64,000 bases of DNA from an uncultured virus (IMG/VR IMGVR_UViG_3300035510_000375) (taxonomy: Duplodnaviria; Heunggongvirae; Uroviricota; Caudoviricetes): IMG/VR virus record IMGVR_UViG_3300035510_000375. The stretch is one strand, 5' to 3'. Made by a program: the position numbers and the translations under genes. Of this stretch, positions 56,901 to 64,000 are shown piece by piece; position 1 is the stretch's first letter; each line of letters begins with the position of its first letter. The notes under the pieces were generated by a model. That model saw only the letters and a program-made list of their open reading frames with translations. It had not been told where the DNA came from and searched no databases.

Positions 56901-59900
56901 CAGCTTCAAGCAGCTAGAAAGGGTATTACACAAGAGCAGTATTCTGAATTAGTAAAAATGCAACAAAAAAGAGGCCAGCTTGAATATGAAACAGTTTTAT
57001 TACAAAAACAAGCAGCCGCAGAAGTAGAAAAGGCTACTGGTATTGAAAAAAATAATTTAGAAGAAAATGAATATTTAAATAAACTAAATATTATATTTGG
57101 AACGCTACAATCTGAAACAGAAGAAGCAACAGAATTCGCTAGAAAAAAACTTGATGAAACAAAAGAACAATTAGATGCAGATAAAGAAGAATTAATACTT
57201 AAACAAAAACAAACTAAAGAACTGGAAGTTCAAACTAATGAAATAATAAAACAAGCTAAAGCTAGCACAAAAAATACTAAATCAGAAGGAAATAATATTG
57301 ATCAATCAGTAATAGATAGTAAACAAAATTTTTTAGACGAAGTAAAAAAATATGTTAATAATTTTGATATTCCAAATGAAGAATTATTACTATTTATAGA
57401 AGATTTTCAAGAATTATTAAATAAACAAGATAAATCTAAAAAAGATTGGGAAGAGATTGAAGATGACCAACAAAAGATTGTTAACATTGTACAACAAGAA
57501 TTAATAGTTCATAATAAAAATATAGAGTTGTTAAAAGAACATGTTGAACTTTCTTCTGATAATGTAAATAAGGCTAATCAAGAATGGAAAAATCAAAAAA
57601 AAGCAGCTGCGGAAATGGAAAAAAAGGTTGAAGCTGTAGAAAAATATAAAAAAGCAGTAGAAGAAATTCAGTCTAAGCAAAACAGTAGTGCAAATATAGA
57701 TAATCAATTTTCTGGTGCTATAGAAAATGCTAAACAAAATAAAGATATTGCGCAACGGGTTCAAACAGCCACAGCGGCCATATCTTCGTTAACAATGGTA
57801 TGGAGTTCCGTTTCTTCTGTAGTGCAAACTATTGAAGATGATACTGCCGACACCGTAGATAAGATTGAACAAGTTGTCATGAGTCTTGGAATGTCATTAC
57901 CAATGGTAATTTCTAATATGAAGCAGTTGGGAGATACATTAAATATTACAAATTTAGGTATTAAGTCAAATATCCAACTTAAAAAAGCAAGCAAAGCGGT
58001 TGAAGAGGCTAGTTTGGCAATCCAAGATAAAGAAACCTCAATAGCTCTTACTCAGCAAGCTATAGATACAAAAAATATAACCATTGAAAAAATTAAAAAA
58101 GAATTAAAATTACAGGCTAATTTAACAGATAAAGAGACTATTGCGATTTTATCTTCCAAATCTAAAGAAGAATTAATAAGTATAGGTCTAACAGAAGAAC
58201 AAGCTATTGCAATAACAGGGCAGGCCGCAGCAGAAGAAGTGTTGTTAAAGGCTACAGAAGAGGAGACTGCTGCTCAAGAAGTTTGGAATGCTTCATTACT
58301 GGCTAATCCTGTTTTAGATGTTGTAGTTGCGTTAGTGGCTCTTGCAGCAATCTTATATGGTGTAGCCAAAGCAAGTGAAAAAGCTGCAGAAGCACAAGCG
58401 GAATTTCAAGAGGAAGTCTATACTAAGACAAAAGAAGTATCTGACAGTACAAATGAAGAGGCTGAAAATCTTACACAATTATACCAATCATATATAGAAA
58501 TGACAGCTGCACTAGATGATACTCAAGAGTCTAAAGATAATTTAAAATCAGCTACAGAGGAATTATGTACTGCTCTTGGCATTGAATGGGATGCTTTGGA
58601 TAAAATACAAGGAAAATATGAAGATGTAGATGCAGCTATTCTTCAGGCTCAAAAAGATAGCCTACAAACTGCTATTAATAACAATCAAGATACTCTTGAT
58701 GATAGTCAAAATGTTTTATTTAATAAAGTAAATATTGCTTCTAAAAATAGTTTATCTAATGATAATGGCTTATTAACTTATAAGATAAAAACAGGACTCT
58801 CTCTTGGGGATAACGATCAAGAAGTTTTAGAGTTAGCAGCGTCTTGGCTAATGGAAAATTATAAAGATAAATTAGATTTTTCTTCTTTTGATACGGAACA
58901 AGAATTTATATCGCATACTGGTGGCACATCTGAAGACTATGATACTTATTTAGAAGAAATTCTCCAAGGTGGTGTTATACAATTTGGCAGCGATATATCA
59001 ACAGATGAAGCAGTATCAATTTTACAAGAATTATATAATTATATTATAGCACAAGAATATGATGGTAATTTAGGTAGCGCAGAATCTTATAAGCAATTTA
59101 CTGCAATTTTTGGTGATACAGGTGTTACTGATACTTTAACAGAAGTTAAAGAAACTAGAAGCGAAATGGAAGACCAGATTTTACAATTAGCGGGCTTAAA
59201 AATACAATCTCAATATGATATTTCACAAATTACAACTACTCAAGAATTACAAGAGTATAGAGATGCTTATATTGCGCAGTTGAAATCTGATTTAGAGGCG
59301 GCGGGCTATGATGTTAGTTCATATACCTCGTCATATTTTGATGATTTAGCTGATGAATTTTTATCCGGATTTAATAATTTATCGGATACTTCAGAAGACC
59401 AGTCTATTATTGATGCTTTTACCTCACGATTTTGGAATGAAGACTGGTCAAGTACAAGAGAAATGAGTTATAAAGACCTTCAAGACTTTTTACAAAAAGT
59501 AGAAGAAGAAGGCGGATTAGATTTATTAGCTACCATTGACCTAGATGAAGTTAGTTCTCTTGAAGCAATAAAAAATACCTATGAAAATTTAAAAAATAAT
59601 TTAGACTTAGAAAATATCACAGCTAATATTACTACAATTATAACTGCCCAATCTGAAATTAACTCAGATGAAGGTTTAACCGAAGATACTAGAACTTCTT
59701 TAGAAGATACTTTTGGAGATTTAATTGATTGGGATGCTTTTGACGCTTCAACTCCACTTGAGCAGATTACTATGCTAAATGAATTATTAGCTGAAAATAA
59801 TAAAGAATTATTAGAAAATTATGATGCTCAAGCTAATGTACAAGAAGCTGAGGAAGAAAGGTTAGCTAAGGTTTCTGAATTAAAAGAAGAATATGAATCT

Positions 59901-62900
59901 TTAAAAGCAGAATTAGAACATTTAAAAGAAGCAGATAATTATGGTTATATTCCTACTGAATCATTTGATTATATTGAAGATCGAATGGCTGAAATTAAAA
60001 AAGAGTTAGAAGATGAAATAACTATTGATATTAATATAGATCAAACTACTATAGATGTTTTTTCCAATGCGATTGACCAAATTTTATCTGGCGCTACTCA
60101 GATTCAATCTGTAGCGGAAATGATTGGTGAAGGGTTTTTAGTTGCAGCAGAGGATGCTTCAGTATTGGCAGCTACATATCCTTCTATTTTAGACAACGCA
60201 GAAGTATTAGCAGATGGACAAATTCAATTAAATAGTGATGTTGTTGCGGCCATATTAAATGGCAATGCTGATGTTATTGAAGGAGATACTGAAAAAACAG
60301 CTGAACTGTTAAGAAGTCAAATTGCTTTATTAGATGCAGATATGGTATATCAGCAAAGTATAATTGATAACTTACAAGCTTATGTTGAAGGAAGTCAAAA
60401 TGCTAGTGAAACTAACAAAAAAATTGCAGCTGCAGAAGCTACTTATAAAACTACTGTAAGTGAAAATGCTACAAATGAAGAAATAGATGCTATTAATACT
60501 GTAATGGAAGCCAATGTTGAGTTTACCAATGATGTTTTAACAAATTTAGACGCTGTAGGAACTCGTATATCAAAAGTTTCTTCAATTATGAAAAGATTTA
60601 TAAATGGTGAAGAGGTTGATTATCAAGTTCTTGGAGGAACGGCTGTTGGAGGAAACGCTTCTTATTACACTTCTAATTTTGATGCTAATTCTTATAAAAA
60701 TTTATCTGATACTAACAAACAAGCCGTTTTAGAACAGATTGATTCCGCAGTTGCTCAGCTAGAGGCAGACGAGAAGACAAGGGCTTTATTAACAGCAGAA
60801 TTAAGTAGCTTATTAAGCGGTTCTAATAGTGCTACTGATGCAGCTAAAAATGCTGCCGCTGGGTTAGGCGGAACCTATGAAGAGGAAGATCCAGAGGTTC
60901 TTGATTACCTCGAAGATGAAGCAGACCGATATCATGATATTAACCTTGAGATTGAAAAACTTTCAACTAACTTAGAGCGACTTCAAAATCAGCAAGATAA
61001 ATTATATGGTCAAGATTTAATTGATAATTTAAATGAACAGTTAGATATACTTCAACAACAAAACGCGGCATACAAAACCAAAATTGCATTAGCTAAACAA
61101 GAAGCTAGTGAAATTAAATCTAGCTTAGCAAGCGCAGGAGTTACTTTTACTGACGATGGCTATATTGCTAATTATGCTTCTGTAGTGCAAACTAAATTAA
61201 ATTATGTAAATAGTTTAATTGAACAATATAATGCTATGTCCGCAAGTGAGCAAGAAGAGTTCGCGGATACAGTGGACGCCGCAAAAGAAGATTATGAAGA
61301 TTTTGTAGAACAAATTGAAAATTATGATACCTTAATATCTGAAACAATTCCAGACCTTGAAGATGATATTCAAGAAGTAGTAGATAAAGAAATTGAAATT
61401 AATATTTCTAAATTTACTATGGAAATTGAAATTAGATTAGATATGGCGGAAGCTGAAAGAGAATATAATGAGTTTAAACAAAAAATCATTGATGATATAG
61501 CAGATGATGATTACGTAGGATTAGCTAATTATAAACTTAAAGACATGAACTCCTATTATAATAGCGAGGGCACTGCCGCAATTCAAAAATTAACCGAACA
61601 AGTTAATAACACTCTTGCAGAACTTACGCAGATGGATAAAACTGGTTGGTCTGACATTTATGGCGATGATAGAAGCCAAGCACTTGAAGATTTACAAACT
61701 TATTATGAAAAATTAATAGAATCACAAGAAGATTTTAATGATTTAATAGATGATATTCAAGATTATTATGTTGATACTATTAAAAAAGCTAATGATGCTT
61801 TTGATGACCAGGTAGATACTTATGAATATATTGGCGATTTATTAGAGCATGACATGAAAGTTGTTAAATTGATTTATGGCGATGAAGCATATTCTAAGAT
61901 GTCAACTTACTATGATAAGATAGAAACTAATAATAATAACCAATTATCTTTCTTGAGTAAAGAAAAAGCTTATATTGAACAAATGATGGCTGCAGAAACA
62001 AACGAAGAAGTTCTAGCGGAATGGAAAGAGCAATGGGAGTCTGTAGTATCAGATTTAAATAGTTTAGTAGAAGATTCTATTCAAAATATTATTGATAAAT
62101 ATACAAATGCCATTAATGAGACTTTTGATGCTATTGCAGATAAATTGACTAATGGTATGGGATTAGATTTTACAGAAACTCAATGGGATTTAATTAATGA
62201 TAATGCAGATTCTTATTTAGATACAGTTAATGCAATATATAAAACACAAGAAGTTAAGAGTAAATTTATAGATGCTATAAATAATACGGATAGTGTTTCT
62301 GCACAAAAGAAACTTAAAGCGGTAATGAATGAACAGCTTGATATCTTAGAGAGTCAAGAAGAATTAACTCAGTATGATATTGATAGAGCAAATGCAATGT
62401 ATGAAATTGCGGTTAAGCAAATTGCTTTAGAAGAAGCTCAACAAAATAAATCTTCTATGAGGCTGAGACGTGATTCCCAAGGTAATTATACTTATCAGTA
62501 TGTAGCTGATGAAGATAGTATTTCTAAGGCTCAAGAAGAGTTGGCGGAAGCTCAAAATAATTTATTTAATTTAGATAAAGATCAAGTTCAAGAAACTTTA
62601 GATGACGCATTAAGTGCTTATAAAGAATGGCAAGATGCTATCACAAGTTATACAGAGCAAGCTTATGAGGATGGTACTTATAATACTCAGGCATATTGGG
62701 ATAAATTAGATGAAATTAATGCTCAATATACAGAAAAATTTAATCGCTATTGGGAAAATTACCAAGAAGCTAAGACTAATCTTGAAGATTCTACTATTCA
62801 GTCATTGAAGAGTAGTTATGATACAGATAATGAGAATTTTGTATCAATGATTTTAAAGAATGAAACTTTATTCACATCATTTATTGGTACTAGCACAGAA

Positions 62901-64000
62901 GAATATCAAAACATGACTGATGAAGAAAAGAAGCAAGCTGCTTCGTTAGCATTAAAGAATGAGGAAGTATGGAATAATATATCAGATATAACAAAAACAG
63001 CTATTACTGAAGAGATTGTTCCACAAGTAACGTCTGGTGTTGCGACTATGCTAGAAAGTATTGCGGGAGAGGGCGGTTTTGAGCAAATTGCAACTGAGGC
63101 TACTAACAATGTAAAAGATGCAACAGAAGATTATGAAACTAGCTTAAATAATGTAGCTGCTTCTGCTGATGTTGATTTTACCGCAATAGGTAATGGTATT
63201 GATTCTACTGTTGATAGTACAGAAGCTTTGTTAGAAGATAATCAAGAATTATTAGATAGTTATGATGATGAAATAACAAAGATAAAAGAAGTTATTACAA
63301 ATATGACTACTCTGATTGCTAAGTATAATAGTGCGGCGGCAGCTGCTCAAAGGGCTACAACTGCTGCCTATGATTACATAACCGCGACTAATGAAAAAGC
63401 AGCAACAGCCGCAAGAAATTCTAGCTCTAGTTCTAGCGGTTCCTCATCTAGCTCTAGTTCTAGCGGTTCCTCATCTAGCTCAAAAATCACATCTACATTA
63501 AAAGATGTTGCTAGTGCTGCAACAGAAACAGTTAAAGCTTTGGCAACAAACAGTGGAGATAAGACATCTGATACTACAACTAAAGATAAAATGTATGTTA
63601 TTGTTTCTCCGGATCAATTAACTTATCGTTATTATACTGGAAATAAATTGTATAGCACACGAACTAATAGAAGTGCTAAAGATGCTCTTTCAGAATATAA
63701 TAGATTTAAAACTACTAATAAAGATAAATATGATTTTACTTTAGTAGGAGCCAGTTATGGCCCTGGACTCACTTCAGCAAAAATTACTAATAAATCAAAA
63801 GGACAAGTAAATAGCGGAGTAACATTATGGGGCGCTTATCAGGGTACAACTTTAAGATATACGGCTGGTTCAGAAGATGACCTTCGTCTATGGGCGGCCA
63901 AGTATGGTTATTATCCTGCTTTTGATACAGGCGGATATACTGGTTCTTGGGGTGACGATGGTAAACTAGCTGTTCTTCATCAAAAGGAATTGGTTTTAAA
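53983..64000 (+). CDS. Tape measure protein, 2 exons (53983-55191, 56382 to beyond 64000), more than 2900 aa, truncated by the window
   Basis: TP901-type core (ESVGTALKTIFAR); splice gives AGKR-QYNNLLSLFDNW; FDTGGYTG..LHQKELVL at 63921 is in the same frame. Confidence 0.9.
55192..56381 (+). mobile_element. Group I intron in tape measure gene
   Basis: P1 AAGCGT/GCGCTT, AATTGCGGGAA, CTCAGAGACTA, GTATAGTCC; terminal G. Confidence 0.92.
55417..56284 (+). pseudogene. Degenerate intron HNH endonuclease
   Basis: HNH/NUMOD fragments (AHRLVAE, DGNKLNN..NLE*, INHIDGNKQNN) broken by stops and frameshifts. Confidence 0.85.
63420..63481 (+). repeat. 27-bp tandem repeat encoding a Ser-rich linker
   Basis: TCTAGCTCTAGTTCTAGCGGTTCCTCA twice plus a partial copy. 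Confidence 0.85.

Noticed and set aside
57531..63109. Short minus-strand ORFs
   Set aside because: Antisense shadows of the tape measure exon 2.

Overview
64 kb of a large, AT-rich tailed dsDNA phage, probably infecting a spore-forming Firmicutes/Clostridia host (inferred from gene families). From left to right: (1) 1-5.6 kb, tail-fibre region with a diversity-generating retroelement (target gene with VR, template repeat, RT with an atypical NMDD catalytic motif, no adjacent avd). (2) 5.6-11.4 kb, minus-strand RNA island: a DUF2828/TROVE-vWA (Ro60-like) gene, four copies of a small stem-closed ACAGCAA RNA motif, several larger structured RNA candidates, tRNAs, a tRNA-Leu(UAA) with a group I intron, and two tRNA genes (Pro, Lys) split next to the anticodon by PD-(D/E)XK endonuclease ORFs. 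Those two inserts have no ribozyme core, but their ends base-pair into a long helix; this is the strongest candidate for an undescribed system. (3) 11.4-32.6 kb, mostly leftward small genes behind repeated sigma-A-type promoters, an iteron/hairpin/strand-skewed origin-like region at about 19.8-22.3 kb, and repeated promoter-hairpin modules at 23-28.5 kb. (4) 32.8-64 kb, rightward morphogenesis genes: terminase large subunit split by three group I introns, portal, protease/scaffold, capsid, an intron-split neck gene, tail tube, and an intron-split tape measure protein of more than 2900 aa running off the window. All calls come from reading the sequence and recalled family motifs; no database searches were run.
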